Positions 12,700-27,412 are shown, counted from the first letter of the stretch. The stretch: 64,000 nucleotides of DNA from Phoronis australis (GCA_002633005.1 NMRA01000378.1:372618-436617); one strand, 5' to 3'. Notes: a model not told the origin generated them from the sequence alone. A program made the numbers and translations.

Positions 12700-15269
12700 C
12701 TGAGGCTGTACCGTGGGTGAAGGCAATAAGATAAATCAAGCTTACCGGTGAATGCATGGGCGCACCCAGGGGGGCGGGGAGGGGAGGGGCTCGAGGGGGC
12801 TCGAATCCGAGTAAAGGAGACAAAAGTCCACAAAGCCCACGAGAATTTGGCATGGATGCAAAATCAATAGGCCTGAACCTAGTGCCCCGTTTTTTAGTCC
12901 TTGCTCGGTGATTTTTTTCAGTAAAAGGTCGGCATAGACCCTATTCACGCGGCGGCCATTAAGATCCAAAGCGAGGCTCACTGCGATAAACAAAGCGAAA
13001 GTAGACATTGCGTGAGTTAAATAGCCGGTCTTTCGAGTCCAACCTGGATATTAAATTTTAATTATGTGTCGACAATTAACCACAGAGACGTGGAAAATTA
13101 CATTAGATAACAAGTTAAGGCGACAAAGAGTTGTCTGACGAAAGGATTTTTTTTTTCGGAAAACTAGGTTCGAGCATAGCCTGATCCTATGCACTCACTG
13201 GGACTAACAGTTGATTTGTCATTGGTCTGAAAGAACAATTGATGTTATTAAATATATTTTTATTAAAATAAAAAACCAGGCTCGTAATTGAAAATAAAAA
13301 TTATTTGACCATCAATGCTTTCTTGGTTGTAATAATTCTTACGTCTATTTCATGTGTTAGATAAATATCAATCTGGACCAAGGTGAATTTTAAAATTAAA
13401 ACACCTAATTCGTTCGTCCAAAACATAACGTTTTAGAACTCAGTTTCAGTTAACTGGACAATGCAATCATAGTTATCATGTTTCTGAAGGAGCCTCTTTC
13501 ATCCGAGGGGAACGGTGCCAGTGCCTACTGAGAGGCGATTTTTTCGCCGAGTGAGGGCGGGAACAATCTACCTCCCGATCACCATCAATAGCACCCCCGC
13601 CCTGTTGCAAGCTCTCATAGGCTCTGCCTCAATTTAAAGTAGCCTTTTGTGCTCTNNNNNNNNNNNNNNNNNNNNNNNNNNNNNNNNNNNNNNNNNNNNN
13701 NNNNNNNNNNNNNNNNNNNNNNNNNNNNNNNNNNNNNNNNNNNNNNNNNNNNNNNNNNNNNNNNNNNNNNNNNNNNNNNNNNNNNNNNNNNNNNNNNNNN
13801 NNNNNNNNNNNNNNNNNNNNNNNNNNNNNNNNNNNNNNNNNNNNNNNNNNNNNNNNNNNNNNNNNNNNNNNNNNNNNNNNNNNNNNNNNNNNNNNNNNNN
13901 NNNNNNNNNNNNNNNNNNNNNNNNNNNNNNNNNNNNNNNNNNNNNNNNNNNNNNNNNNNNNNNNNNNNNNNNNNNNNNNNNNNNNNNNNNNNNNNNNNNN
14001 NNNNNNNNNNNNNNNNNNNNNNNNNNNNNNNNNNNNNNNNNNNNNNNNNNNNNNNNNNNNNNNNNNNNNNNNNNNNNNNNNNNNNNNNNNNNNNNNNNNN
14101 NNNNNNNNNNNNNNNNNNNNNNNNNNNNNNNNNNNNNNNNNNNNNNNNNNNNNNNNNNNNNNNNNNNNNNNNNNNCCGCCCTGGTTGCGCACTTCTAGTC
14201 AGCAATTCGCACCCGAACTCAAAAATGGGATCTGATACAATTTGAGGGGGGGCATGCCCCCCCCCCCAATCCGTAGTCATGAAAACAGCCTGGCTGGCCC
14301 ATTCTCCGGTCGTTACTATGATGCTTAACAACTGACCGACATGCGACAAAATATGATCTAACTTTTCGAAAACGTTTATAAATTTTACATATTTTGCTCC
14401 GTCGCGGCAACGACCCAACGCTTCCGAATCTCAACGTCTTTAGAGATTGTGAAGCAGACAGTTGCGAGTCCGTATTTTTTCAAGCCGTTCGCGGAACAAC
14501 ACGGTCTGAAACACAGAACTATGCCGATAACCTAACAGAGCTATCGTAGCGAGCCTCGTTTTGAAATGCGCCTCCTGTCGGCGTGAATAGGGTCTATACC
14601 GAAAAATTCGAGCCCCCTTATAATTTAAGCTGGGTGCGCGCATGGTATGCCTCTCATCTACAGAACTGTGCATAATGTGTATAATTTGTCTGCGATCTCG
14701 GCTCTCTAAAGTTCATAATACAACTTCACTGTCGTGCAGTGTTGACTATCATAGCGCGCCGTGCCGTTCTCGGCAAGGGCCAGAAAGGGCCCCGATTGCG
14801 TAGCCTTGCCTTGGTACAAGCTGCCAGGAAATATACAGCGAGCGTTGCACTGAAGTGGGTAAAAACTGATCAAATACAATCTAACACAAAATTAGTGTCA
14901 CCAAAAATTACTCTGTTCCTTGAGTAAACTAAATTAATGATTGGTGTTGAAAAAAATGGCGGTTGTTCACTCTGCTGCAAAAATTTGGGTGCACTCTTTA
15001 ATCGACTTTCGGCGCCGTCACCTCAGTGTTCTCCACGACCACTTTTAACGTGTCACAGCGTCCTGTTTGGCCGAGCGCACGTCCTGTTTAAATGTCCCGC
15101 GTCCTGTTTCAAAATCCAGCGTCCTGTTTAAAAATCCCGCCGACCAATTTAGAAATATAGGGACTACTTTGTAAAAAAGGCGTCGTCGTCGTTTATTAGT
15201 TCTTCACTGGTTCAAATTACGCTTGGTAGCAACTGGCCATAGCCCATTGAAACTGAATGAATTAAAGGC

Positions 15270-16925
15270 TAAGCATTACAAAAACGAGCAAGATATATAC
15301 ATGTGGCACAATGAGAAAGCAGGTGTATTTTTAGAAACATTACAAAACGCCAGGAATCAAACGATATGTGTCGAGAAATTATGAGCTGTGTTGATAATGA
15401 CATAAATGAGAGTGTTAAAGGCTTAGTGGACTTGCTCCAGTCATGTGGAGCGGGCATGCTCGTGAGGCAAGACAGGTGTGTAAGTGAAACACGTAGACGT
15501 GCATGGTTTGACAGTGAATGTAAAGAGATGCAACTACAAAAGAAGCGTCTACTGCAAAAATTTAGGGTGTCTCGGAGTGACTTAGAGCTGAGAACTCTTG
15601 CTAGTAGAAATGAATACAAAAAGTTATGTAAGAGGAAAAAACGATACTATGTCGATAAACAAAATGAGTTATGGGAGTCAGTGGAGAATCCTAAAACATT
15701 TTGGAATATTATAAAACAAAGCCTGTCTTAGCCAGTACATACTACAAAGCCTGATAATTTACTGAATTGGAGTGGTTTAGATATTTCAGTAACCTGCTTG
15801 ATATCAACAGAACAGAGGGTCGCAGTGAAACTTTTGATGACCTAGTTAGACAGACTCTTGATGAGCATGACGCAGTACAGTGTGAGCGTTGCAGTCACCC
15901 ACAGAGTGAACGTGACGTAACTGGTGCCTTTTACACGAATGAACTAAATGCCGGTATTAGCGCAGATGAAATAGTAAGGGCCATTAAGAAACAAAATTAC
16001 AATAAATTTCCCGGAGAAGACGGCATACTGGATGAATTCTGTAAGTGCTTCCTGAGGCGCTAGTAGAACTTCAACACAAACTTTTTGATAGAATTTTCAA
16101 TACCAGGCATTATCCATCCCAATGGTCAAAAAGTATTATTGTGCCGTGTTACAAAAGGGAGACAGATTTAATTCAAATAATTATAGAGGGATCTCCGTTA
16201 TTTATAGTATTAATAAAATTTTTAAAACTATTCGTTATTCCCGTGTAGTTGAATGGTCAAATAACACGAAATGTATCCCGGAAGAACAAGCAGGCTTTAG
16301 GACTGGGTGCTCTACAATCGATAACATTTTTAACCTACAGTGTGTCATCCAGAAACATGTCACAAAAGGGAAGGGGAAAGTACATAGTGCATTCGTTGAT
16401 TTGAGTAAGGCATTTGATATTTTATTTTATGCCCTTTTAACCAAAGGTTTGCATGGAAAAATGTTTAACATTTTGCGCCGTATGAACGACTCTATACAAT
16501 CGTGTGTTATGATACTGTCTCAGACCACGCCCTATTTTAACTGTACAGTTGGTGTCCGGCAAAGATGTGTTTTAAGTCCCTGGCTGTTCTCGGTGTTTGT
16601 TAGCACACTAGTGTCTGATATTAGAGAAAATGTAGGCAGAGGTATACGTGTCTCTCCGGGATGTGAAATAGTTTCTCTGTTTTCGGCTGATGATTTAGTG
16701 CTGGTGTCGAATACTGTTGCTGGGGTACAGATGAAGTTCAATATCCCTGAAAAGCTTTGTCGAGATTAGAATTTGCAAGTTAATTTTGAGAAAACGAATG
16801 TTGTGGTATTTAAGCGAGGGGGCATACTTTCCAATACTGAAAGATGGGTTTTTGGCAATAAGAAAGTAGATACTAAATCGTACTACAAGTACCTAGGAGT
16901 CACATTCTCCTGCAGACATAAGTGT
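15270..16925 (+). mobile_element. Decayed non-LTR retrotransposon reverse transcriptase (CR1/L2/RTEX-like)
   Basis: WFDSEC, KGD..NNYRGIS, EEQAGFR, AFVDLSKAFD, GVRQxCVLSP, LFSADDLVL, YKYLGV; frameshifts and stops. Confidence 0.92.
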
Positions 16926-18156
16926 TGTGCAACATAATTGGGCTAATTGCCAAACCACCAGGCAACAGCTGGATTTTGAGGTAAGCCAAGTGTTCAACAA
17001 TGGTGGACTCTTAGGTGCTCCGGGAGTCAGATGTTGGCACTACTGTCTAAAAGATCACGCGGAATTAGGCAGTGTGATCGTTTTGGAAGGCAGTGCGGCA
17101 TGTACTGCACTGTACATGAGAAAAGTAGAGGGTAATGTATCTTTCAAAGGATGGTTGTCTGTCAAAATTAAGGTGTGCATATATTGGGTGATGGTGTTTT
17201 GTCATTTTGTATAAATTAGCCGGGCAATTTGCAGTTATTGCTCATCAGAAAAGTTTTGGAAACATTATAATTACGAAATAAGAAGTTTGATCAAAATACG
17301 CCATATTTTCACTGCACCCCGCCCAATACCCGTATCGTTTATGACATTTCACAACTCACGCAATTTCTCACCACGTGCTTCTTGACAGGAGGTCTTTCCG
17401 ACAGTTTTCATATAATCGGCTAATAAAGCGTCAGTACATTTGTTGGCTCATCAGATTTTGTGAGATTTTTAACATTCTCCAAACATTTGTGTGCTGTCAG
17501 TTTTTGAAGGGCATTATTTCATTGTAACCATTTGAATGAGCAAGTCATTATGTTAGTAGAAAATAATCGGATTTATAAATAGTCTCCTTTTAAAACTTAA
17601 AATGATACAAGGTCAAATATAATAAAGTTCTTGGTTCTGGACTGCAACTAACATTTTTTGAAACCTGCATCCGCTGCCAGAAAGAGAACGCCTGCCCCCA
17701 AAATTTCGCATTGCAAACGTATTTAAAACAGTTGTTGGCCAGCTTAACAACAACAACCTTTTTCTTAGTTGTAAGTGGTGCTCTTTCTAACACCCAGGCC
17801 CGGTCCCAAACATTTAAAGGGCCGAATAAAAATTGATTTGAGGCCCTTCCCTGCTGATTTATCACGCCCATGACTAATGTGCGTTAAGGTTATGCAGGAC
17901 TTTAGCGAAATTTCCATTTTTGGCAAATTCCGGCCCTCCGTATCTCAGAGATGGGTGATCGGATTCACTCATAATAAGTTTTTCAGATATGCAACGTTCT
18001 CCACGACAGCGTTAGGGATTGTTTTTTAAAAATTCTTCTTTTATATGAGGGTCTATCAAATTTTTGGCATTTGATGATTGTTATGAAAAACTCAAAATGA
18101 AATGTAGAAAACTGCTTCAGAGTTTTCGAGATTTCAGCTAGCGTTCTTTATTAAAC

Positions 18157-18463
18157 CATAGACTATAGTACATGGACCGCCAACCCCGGTCGGCTGTTGT
18201 GTGTTCGGGTGATAGTAGCATTGCTAAAAGTAGGCTACTCACGACACCAACAGCTCTACTATTTTAAGATTTTGAAAAGCGTTTCAATAGCGAAATTACT
18301 ATTATTTTGTTTTCATTGTACTGGACAGTGAAATAGATGCGAGAATTTCCCGTCACAATACACTAACCTGAAAATGAACCAGATAATTTAGGAGAGAGGC
18401 GCAGCCTCTAGGATAATACGGAAGAAAATGTCGGAGTTGCGAATCTGTTGCCTATAATCTATG
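18157..18463. mobile_element. MITE, P-superfamily-like
   Basis: TIRs catagactatag / ctataatctatg; 7-bp target-site duplication attaaac on both sides. Confidence 0.7.
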
Positions 18464-19921
18464 ATTAAACAAAATTTGGTCACGTTGTTAAAACTTTGAT
18501 TTTGGTACTGATGTACAGCCTTTACAATAAATTTAACTAAAGGCCATTGTCACGTGACCCAGTTAAGCGAAAAGTGATAAAAATCCACGGTTTGACCACC
18601 CTCTTGAAGACGCAATTGAGTGGAGCAAAGAAACGATTTCACGTGCGTATCCCATTTAAGTGGAGAGGAGAGTAAGGGAATTTAAAAACCAATTGAAATA
18701 TCGCCACTGGATAGTCAAAAAGTTGGAACTATCATAATTCATAGCATGATGCTATTCCCAACAATTTCGCGATTGTCACAAACTCGTATTTCTTCTTCTG
18801 GGAACCTCTTACGTGTTTGCTCGATTTCGGAGCTCATTAAAAATACGGTGATTTGTATATGGCAAATCATCCACTACTTCACAAACGCTGTCTCAGATTC
18901 ATTATTCATGCTGATAGTTAGCCTTCGGCGATAAAAAAACACAGATTCTTGGTAGAAGCACATCAAGATGGTATAAGCAACATGACTGTGACAGGAAGTT
19001 TGTAGAGAGAACTCCAATGAATTAAGAAAACATGATGATAGCACTGTGGTATGACCTTCACAAGTCTCTCGTGAGTAGGGCGGCATGGGCCGTTTTCAGG
19101 TTGAACCGGTAGTTTGAACTGTTGTCACACTATAGTTCCAAGCGAGTGCCTGTATTTTGTCCAACTATTGACCTTTGGCTTAAGTATTGTCCGACCCTGT
19201 TGCTGAACTAAATTCGACTTCTTATACGTCAGAGTATTTTAAGCGCATATAACTGGTAAAGGAGTCGCCAGGTGTATTAAAATTATAAATTAAAACACAA
19301 CGGATTTTCACGGTTATGTCACTTCTGTTATTTTTTCTTTTTCATAACTTTACTAAAAAGACAATGTCGACAACGTCAAATCCAAGAAGTCAAATATAAC
19401 ACGTTTTCCATACATTTTATACAGATACTGAGTTACAGTGATCGTTATACTTTTGTACATGTAGATATCATATCGTTAAATCCACAGTCTTTCAGACTTT
19501 CTATTAGTATTTCTTGTAACCTTAAAGTTCTAATCCCGAAGAGTAAGCCAGCGTGGCTCGTTTAGGCCTGCGCAGGCCTTCAAAACTCTTTACATACGAC
19601 TCTGATGTTTAACTCTCCAACAGGGGATGTTCCGCCCTGTCACCATTCTGCTGTGCAGGCAACACGCGTCAACTACAATTCTTATAATGCATGTGCAATT
19701 GGGTTAGTATTTTTAAATCAAAACGAATGTATTGTTACCCACTATCTAGTGTTCATGGACATCTGCTAAGCACGTGACTAACACTGAATCTCGAATAGTT
19801 TTCAAGGGCTCCGGCTAAGTACGTGCCCTTCACGTTCAACCGACAGTTATACACAGACTTGTTAGTTATTGTTTTGTCAGTATCCTTGTTGCATTTTTAG
19901 GCCACACAATAGACGAGATTT

Positions 19922-20075
19922 TTGTCCAAGCTGAAGACTAAATTAAACATCGCGCAAAGTAGTAGCTTGGTTTACCTGGTGAACTGCAGCGATTTCCCTG
20001 AGTTTTACGTTGGCATGGCCACTCGGATTTTGCATCAAAGACAGGCTGAACACAAGAGAGACATCAGCAGTGTCT
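19922..20075 (+). mobile_element. Penelope-like element GIY-YIG endonuclease remnant
   Basis: LVYLVNCSDFPEFYVGMATRILHQRQAEH fits VYxxxCxxCxxxYIGxTxRxLxxRxxEH. Confidence 0.75.
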
Positions 20076-20103
20076 CGTCAACACTAGTTACATGTACACT
20101 TGA

Positions 20104-20650
20104 GAGAAAAACGTTACATAATCTACTAAGTTAAAGGCACATGCAGGCGTAAACAGTATCGCGGGAGAGTGTGCTTGTATGTGTGTGGGGTGGGTGGGGG
20201 AACAAAATTTGAGTGCAACCTCCCGCCGGCTGCAGTTTGTTTTCCGCCACCACCCGGTTTCTCCTGAGGTTGATTCCACCTGCACCCCGTTGACACGAAT
20301 TATGCCGCCAGACAACGGTTTTACCTGCGCACCCTCCGGGGGTTCCTGGTGCGCTGCGTACTAGGAGTCCAATGTTGAAACATGGTGACGCGAGTTTTCA
20401 CTGGCTTCTGCCAGGCGGGGCAAATGGTTTAAATTTGTCCAATTTTCACCAATCTGCTTTAAAATGCATCGAAACACCAATCTTCTAGAGGGTAATTATT
20501 TTAAACTGTCAGACATTACCTGGTGCATTTTTGTTGATGGATTTTTCAAAATTTCACTCTGCATCCTCAATTGCTAACACAGTTAGCGTATAACAGCATA
20601 AAAATTGTGCTGAATAAATGGACTTTCTTAGGTAACGAAACATGTGAGTC
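20104..20650 (+). repeat. Diverged local duplicate of 21811-22032 plus 22318-22665 (start of intron 1 of peptide gene 1)
   Basis: Collinear blocks, e.g. gttgattccacc.gcacccc.ttgacac and gttagcgtataacag.ataaaaattg.gctgaataaatggactttcttagg. Confidence 0.85.
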
Positions 20651-20986
20651 AGAATCCTAGATCGATTTTCTCGGTCGTGACAATAACCATGTCCAACTCT
20701 TAATCGGCGGTGCCTTTCACAAACGGGCGCTCCATGCTTAGGAATGTCGGAGCATAGGCTATGCTGGAGTTGTGGTGGATACATTTAGTATTTTGTTGAC
20801 AGGTCCTGTATTATGCACTATCATGTGAAGTGAGCATCTGTAACGGTATTCTGTTCTTTTCTGTTTGACTATTGTACGTGAAGATGATATATGCTTAACA
20901 TCGAAACGTCGTTTTTTTGCTGTGCACTCAAGCATCTTTTTGTTTGCACTTCTTCCATCGAATTTGGCGAAATTCTAACATCAGTT

Positions 20987-21010
20987 ACACACACACGCAC
21001 ACGCACACGC

Positions 21011-21044
<34 letters not shown>
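20987..21044. repeat. (CA)n/(CACACG)n microsatellite
   Basis: Directly visible. Confidence 0.95.
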
Positions 21045-21046
<2 letters not shown>

Positions 21047-21622
21047 AACCATGTAATAAAACACCGTGTGTCATTCCAAACGTAAGAGAGGACGATGGGG
21101 AATCAAGAATCGACAGAAGCTAATAAACGTTTTTCTCAACTGCACTCATATATTAAAGGTGTATGATTCCCGACGTTTTCTTGTTTTGCTAAAAAAATTC
21201 TAAAACTTTGCCCGAATCTGGGAGCCGACTGTCTCCTCCTCCAGCTCACATCTGCCCAGTATTTACGAAGCTGTATCTCCCTTATAAAGTCCTGTAAGAC
21301 GTTAGGTAGGACTTCACAGACCACATGTTCCTTGTTCTCAAGTTCGTCTTGGGTATCAGTATCTGAGTATTTGGGCCGGATGAGTACCTAGTGACAGTAA
21401 ATTGGTTAAAATTTTGTTTTTAAATGTCAACATCTGAATTTAAAATTCATGAATTGTTCTAACACTCAATTTTGGGCCTACGTGAGCCTCAAAATACTGC
21501 TGCGTCATACTAGCCGGTAATTATGCGACAAAAAATGACCGCGTTGTTTACGCAGTCATTTTAGTAGATCAAAAGCAGGAAAAGTTTATTGAGTAAACAA
21601 AACGTTTATCGACTTCAATATT

Positions 21623-21795
21623 CCAATTAGCCAATTAATAAAGTTGAAAACCGCAGGACAATACAAACACAAGGAAACAGAAATTGCCTTAGTTTCCAAA
21701 TTATTGTTTACCAACTCATTACAGTTGCTCGACTATAAAACGTGCTAAGTGGTTGTGTTATGATCAACCTTGCAGAAGCGAGCGTAGACAACAGT
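21623..21795 (+). promoter_or_regulatory. Candidate promoter and non-coding exon 1 of secreted-peptide gene 1
   Basis: Two CCAAT at ~21623-21635, TATAAAA at 21734-21740, gtaagt donor at 21796; TATA context (ctataaaacgtgc) resembles the gene 2 promoter (ctataaaaacgagc). Confidence 0.55.
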
Positions 21796-23079
21796 GTAAG
21801 TATGGTAGTTAGAAAAAACGTTACTCTACTGATTTAAAGACACACGTATTCGTAAATAGAAACGTAGGAAAGTGTGCGTGTATGTGTGTGGGAACAAGAT
21901 TTGCGCGCAACCTCCCCTTCAGCTGCAGTTTGTTCTCCGCCACCAACACGGTTTCGCCCGAAGTTGATTCCACCGGCACCCCCGTTGACACCGATTGTGC
22001 AGCCAGACAAGGGTTTCACCTGCGCCCCCTCCTTGATTGCTTTAGTAAGCCCGCCGTAGGAAGGTAATCATTATTGAAGAGGGTGTGAGCACAAACTAAT
22101 CCAGCTTCGTCAAACCTGTGCCCCCGTGGTACTGCAAAATCCGGAAGAATGTGGGGAAACCGGTATTACCTTTGAATGAATAGACGGAACATTTTCTCGA
22201 AAACCACGGTTGGTTTCTTCAATTTACGGGAACAAAAATGGGGCCCTGAGAGTCTACTTTGGGGAAAGTTCACTTCATTAGAATTGTGCTTTGAAGGGTA
22301 CATTTTAGAATGTTACGCTTCGGGGGTTCCAGGTACGCTGCCCAGTAGGTGTTCAATGTTGAGACATGGTGACGCGAGTTTTACAGGCTACTGCCAGGCA
22401 GAGCAAATAGTAGAAAACTGTCCAATTTTCATCAATCTACTTCAAAATGGATCAAAACTCCAATTTCCTAGAAGGTAATTATTTCAAACTGGCAGGAATT
22501 ACCTGGCGCATTTTTGTGGATAGAGATTTTTCAGAATTTCACCCTGCATCAATGTACGTACACTACATGTATGCATCATCAATTAACACCCGGTTAGCGT
22601 ATAACAGTATAAAAATTGCGCTGAATAAATGGACTTTCTTAGGCAAAGAAACATGTAAATCAGAATCAAAGCTTGCAGGTTGCAAGAGATTATTACCTTG
22701 TTGGGCCGTCATGTGGAAAGGCAATATAAAAACTAAAGGTAGACACGGTGCATATTTCCTGCCAACTGTCGCAGGACTTTTTGAAATCTGTGATTCGCAG
22801 TATGGATTTTTTGGGCATTCTCACAGAGACTCTTGCAGCTACTTGACTGTCTAGCTGTGCTTGGGAGCTCTTCAGAACTCGAGTTACACAGGCTATCTAG
22901 GAGACTCAGGGTGTGCAGAAAAAAACAACGGAATATTTATTCACATTTGCTTCTGTTGGTACCTGTTAATACAGTCGGGTAATTGTTGTGATATTAAATG
23001 TTTTTATAAAGAATATCTTGGAGAAAATAATGCGAACGCTTATTTTTATTCACATTTCATTTCGATATAATGTACTCGT

Positions 23080-23900
23080 TTCTCCTTAATGTGATCGGGC
23101 ATTAAACCTCCGCCACAGCTCTGATTGATATTACTGATAACTTCCCTTGACAGGAGACGCCTTGTAGATGCTGCGTTTTTGTTCCTGAAAAAGGCCTTTG
23201 ACACGGTTCATCATGGTTGTCTCTCAAACATGCTGGGTGTGGAGGGGTGTGGTTTGGGTGCTATCTCTCAGGTGCTGCCTCTCAGGTAGCACCTGAACAC
23301 CTCTCGATGTACAAATGTAAATGGCCACTATACAGATTTTGTGACTGTCTACTAATGGGTTCTGCTAGAATCCATACCATGCCCTACTACTCAGTTTGTA
23401 TTTAAATCATTGGGCGTTGTAATGTTATTGGAGGCAGCAAAGTTGAGATGTACATGTACAACGACAACACAGCATGTGTTTATACTGGTCATTCAAAGTC
23501 GGACGTTGAAAATACTCTTAAAACTAACTTAATACATGTTTTTCAAGGACTAGATGACAACAGTAGATTACATGTAAATGCTAAAATAACCGCGGTTATA
23601 TGGTTTCTTTTTCACCAAAAGTTTAAACTTGCAACATTCCTTGATTTTTGCGTTAATAAGTCTTCTCTGGAGTGTGTGTTAATAATATGAAATATTTAGG
23701 TATTTTTCTTGCTAGACACATTTTCTGGGCCGTACATGTCGATTTCATTTACTCTAAAGTGACTCAGATGTAAACTCTCTTAAACTATTGTACAATCATA
23801 TCTTTAGTTTTGTCATGGTTAGAATATTGTGATGTTGTTTCGCATACACGGTCTATTTGCAGCCAAATAAATATACGAGTATTGACTCTTTGCACCCCAG
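23080..23900 (+). mobile_element. Highly decayed L2/CR1-type LINE RT remnant
   Basis: LKKAFDTVHH, YNDNT (degenerate YADDT), LHVNAKIT, KYLGIFL, LEYCDVV. Confidence 0.7.
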
Positions 23901-24322
23901 TTTGGGCTGGCTCAAATTGGATGTCCATAATAGAAATACTCGGTATAATTACTCTGGCGATATCTTTTCTCCTAAAACCAGAAGTAATTTTCATAAACAC
24001 TCATTCTTATACTGTGGTGTGTTGCCATGAAGCAGTTTACATGTACCTATTGGCCTCCGTCAAAGTAATTGTAGTAATATTTTCAAGTCCAGGTACACGT
24101 GTGATATTCGATGGTTTTAACATCTTCAAATGTATACTTGTCTTTTACGCAAGCGTGTCAGATTTCTTGTTAACGTTATAATTGTACATATAAATTCTTC
24201 TGATACCATCTTGTCAACTAGATTTTTAACATTTTTTTCTGTTCAGAACCATTCGGAACACCAGATTTATAACTGAATCGATTTTATCCTGACGAAATTT
24301 TTCTTCTACAGGAAACTGAATC

Positions 24323-24404
24323 ATGAAGTGCGTCGCGGTATTCATTGTATTGATGTTGGCTGTGGGCTGCCTCCAGGCGCTGCCGGTAGATGGCGAAGAC
24401 GACG
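24323..24404 (+). CDS. Secreted peptide gene 1, signal-peptide exon: MKCVAVFIVLMLAVGCLQA|LPVDGEDD(G)
   Basis: ttctacag acceptor (exon starts 24312), gtgaga phase-1 donor; classic signal peptide; near-identical paralog at 57511. Confidence 0.85.
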
Positions 24405-26842
24405 GTGAGAGCGAAAAGGGTCTTCACCCTGAGCAGCGTTTTGAAAGAATTTCGCAAGTGAAGCTAGTGAGATGACGCGAAGTGCTTGCTATACCTGACG
24501 AGACCTCGCGAGGTCTTGCGTTTTCGCGAGTTTTTTGAGACTGTGGCGGCTGAGTTTGGTCGAGCTTGCAACGTGGATAATTTTTTTGAGTAACACTTTA
24601 ACTTTAAAACTGCATTTTGTCCAACAATTAACCAGCCTAAAGAAAATCGAATTAGAACTTTTCCTCTAATATAGGTCTCAGAACATTTCTTACGGCGATG
24701 GGGTTCTATTTCCGTTACCAACTAAAATATCGAAACCATTAACTACTCAAAAACGCTTCAGAACACGTTAGGGTTTGACAACCTTAAAAATTTGGATTAA
24801 AAAATGATGCATGAATGCATTGCCTGGGACTTAAGTTTACAATCGTGAACATGTTTTGAAACCTATTCGAGTGATAGTGGTGACGTACATATGTCTTTAT
24901 TATTACGCGATCTAGACCCAGAAATTGGAATAGAATTGCACAGTCAAAATATTGAAAATTTTGTAGGTCTTGGATTTTTTTCCCGGTTCAAGTAACCACG
25001 GGGTGCAAATAAGCACTTGAGTTTTTTCTATAAAATTGTGTGTTTGGATTAATCACTGTTGTCCGACAACGGTTGTCACACCCATTGCATGCTCCCGGAG
25101 GGTGCGGAATGGAGGATTAGTATTGATCAGGTCCATATCCAGGTAACAATTTTTGAAGAGTTTTTAAGTATCTTACAGAGCTACGTAAATTTGGTCTACT
25201 TATCATTGTTTTATCATTTTGGCATATTAATTGTATTTGACTGGAACCATAGCGTCAAAATGACGTCACACTAATCAGCTTAATAGCGTTTCAGTTCAAA
25301 AGTATTGACCGCTAAGCTTCGGTGAAATGTAGCTTTGGAATTTTCCGTGTTCCTTTCTATTTAGACGTATACAGGGTTTCGACCCAATTTAGTACCGATA
25401 CTTCAAGTAAAAATCTCAAGGAAAATAGGTAGACTATATTGATCGCTACTTCGTCTGTTAACTGAAAAATGGTCAGCTTGAAAGTAGATAATGATGCTGT
25501 TGAGATGTACTTAGCCGAAAATGATATCTCAAGCTACATTTCAATCGTGGAAAACAAAATGCGTTCACAGACACTGACCTAATTTCATGACTCGATTGAT
25601 CTGACGGGTCACACAAATGAAATCAATCGACTTCAATCAACTAATCAATCAAATTATTTCTGTAGTAAAGGCGATAGGTCCACTGTACAAAATTTGCCAT
25701 TTAGCAGAACCGGACGACCCAAGAGTATAATCGTATTGCCTAAGTACATGTACGTAGGATTCATTGTAGCTAAGGCGGGATTATGAGCAATCAACTTCAA
25801 ACGGATCAAAGAAAACAATGAGGCACAAAAGTCGCAGTACTACATTTTACGCTGTAATACAATCTAAACTTTCAGTTCCCCCGTAGATCGGTTCCATTCA
25901 CGTACGCTATGGATTTCAACGTAAACAGGAAAGTTTCCATCCTAGACTCCATGAGCTCTTTGTCCAAACAACAAAAAATTAGAAAAAAAATATTTTAAAC
26001 GTACTTTAGAAAATGCAACGCGTACTGAATGTTCACTGTCGTAGTCGTCCTTCTAAAGGCTTTTATCAACCGCTCTTTTTATCGAACTAATTTTGAATTG
26101 AAATTATGCACATGTTATAGGCCTGCCGTGAGTTAACGGCAGCAGAGGCAAGTTGGAAAGTTATCACTGAAAGCTTCAAAGCTAGGGTAGTCAACCTGTG
26201 TCCCTTGCGAAGTGGACGGCTGTTCTCGTTACTAGTATTCCGTCTGCTCCATATACAATCCTTAGTTTTTTCGTCGCGGAACACGCCCCCTGCCGCCGCA
26301 ATAGACAATTCAAACTTTTGTTATACCACATCCAGTAGCGCATTTTATCTTCGCTTTCTACATTCCGCTTGGGTTATTTGAACGTAGCACACCCGAACCT
26401 CGGCCACGGGTCTAAACTGTACACTTCTGCAGTTAGTCGTGAAACTGAAGTCTGTTAAAAGTAAATAATGCTCACTATTTCAGTTGCTCTGCAAAGAACC
26501 CGCAGAATAACGTGTGACCTTCTTGGAAGCCAATTTTTGTGCGTAATGCATTGCTACGGACATGGCAGAAGTGGCGGATACTGTAACTCTCAAGGGGTGT
26601 GTGTCTGTCGGCGATAAGGTATGTATATTGTATGCTGCTGTGATTGGTGAGAACGCTTTTAGTCATTATACATGTAGACAGATTAGCTGGATAATTTGCA
26701 GTCACTGATAAACATAATAGCTTGTTCTCCATGTTATCTTTAAAAGAAAGACGACGTATTATTAAAGGCCTAATATGGTGACTATTTTTACTTCTAAAAT
26801 ATATTTATTGATGAAAAACATCAAAATACTGTGTCATAGCTG

Positions 26843-26990
26843 CAGTGGCGGATCTAGGATATCACAAGGGGGAGGACAACATTTTGTCTGTAAATATTTG
26901 CTCCACGCCCGATTGTAGATGTGCATAGCACCGAATGGGGGGAGGTCGGGAGAGGGGCTTGCCCCCCTGAAATTTTTCTGTTTTTTCTTC
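26843..26990. mobile_element. hAT-like MITE end (cagtggcggatctagg...); relatives at ~28130-28181, 32522-32738 and 59661-59730
   Basis: Terminal cagtggcggat / atccgcctatg motifs with G/C runs. Confidence 0.5.
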
Positions 26991-27086
26991 CAAAAATCAA
27001 GCGTTTTCCTTGATTCCCGAATTATTATCCAAGAACAAAGGCAAAAAAGCGAAGAAAGTGTCAACCAACAAAAACTGAGAGTACCA

Positions 27087-27135
27087 CGGACTCGAACTCA
27101 CGAATAGAACACGCGTGCTTTATCACTGCACCACC
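27087..27135 (-). mobile_element. tRNA-derived SINE head remnant (another at 60836-60897, minus strand)
   Basis: A-box TGGTGCAGTGA and B-box GAGTTCGAGTCC; no cloverleaf. Confidence 0.45.
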
Positions 27136-27244
27136 ACGATTTAACTCCCAAATTGATACTAAGAGACCTACTTATTTATTTAAATCAGTTTATGGTCACA
27201 ATAAGACCAAAAACCGTAAGAGATACATACAATATGTATATATA

Positions 27245-27332
27245 TTCAACGTTTCGTCTTTTCATTAGACATCATCAGGATCATATTTACAACAATTTAG
27301 GACAACGAGTGCCAACATACATAGAGTGAAGT

Positions 27333-27412
<80 letters not shown>

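Noticed and set aside
12670-12700. ATF6-responsive ERSE in the CUTA promoter
   Set aside because: No CCAAT-N9-CCACG or ATTGG-N-CCACG spacing
13615-14418. Long ORFs in the ORF track
   Set aside because: Artefacts of the N-gap
26121-26127. Third 7-nt micro-exon (tatag|GCCTGCC|gtgagt)
   Set aside because: Weak pyrimidine tract, no paralog, and inclusion shifts the cassette frame into a stop at B2
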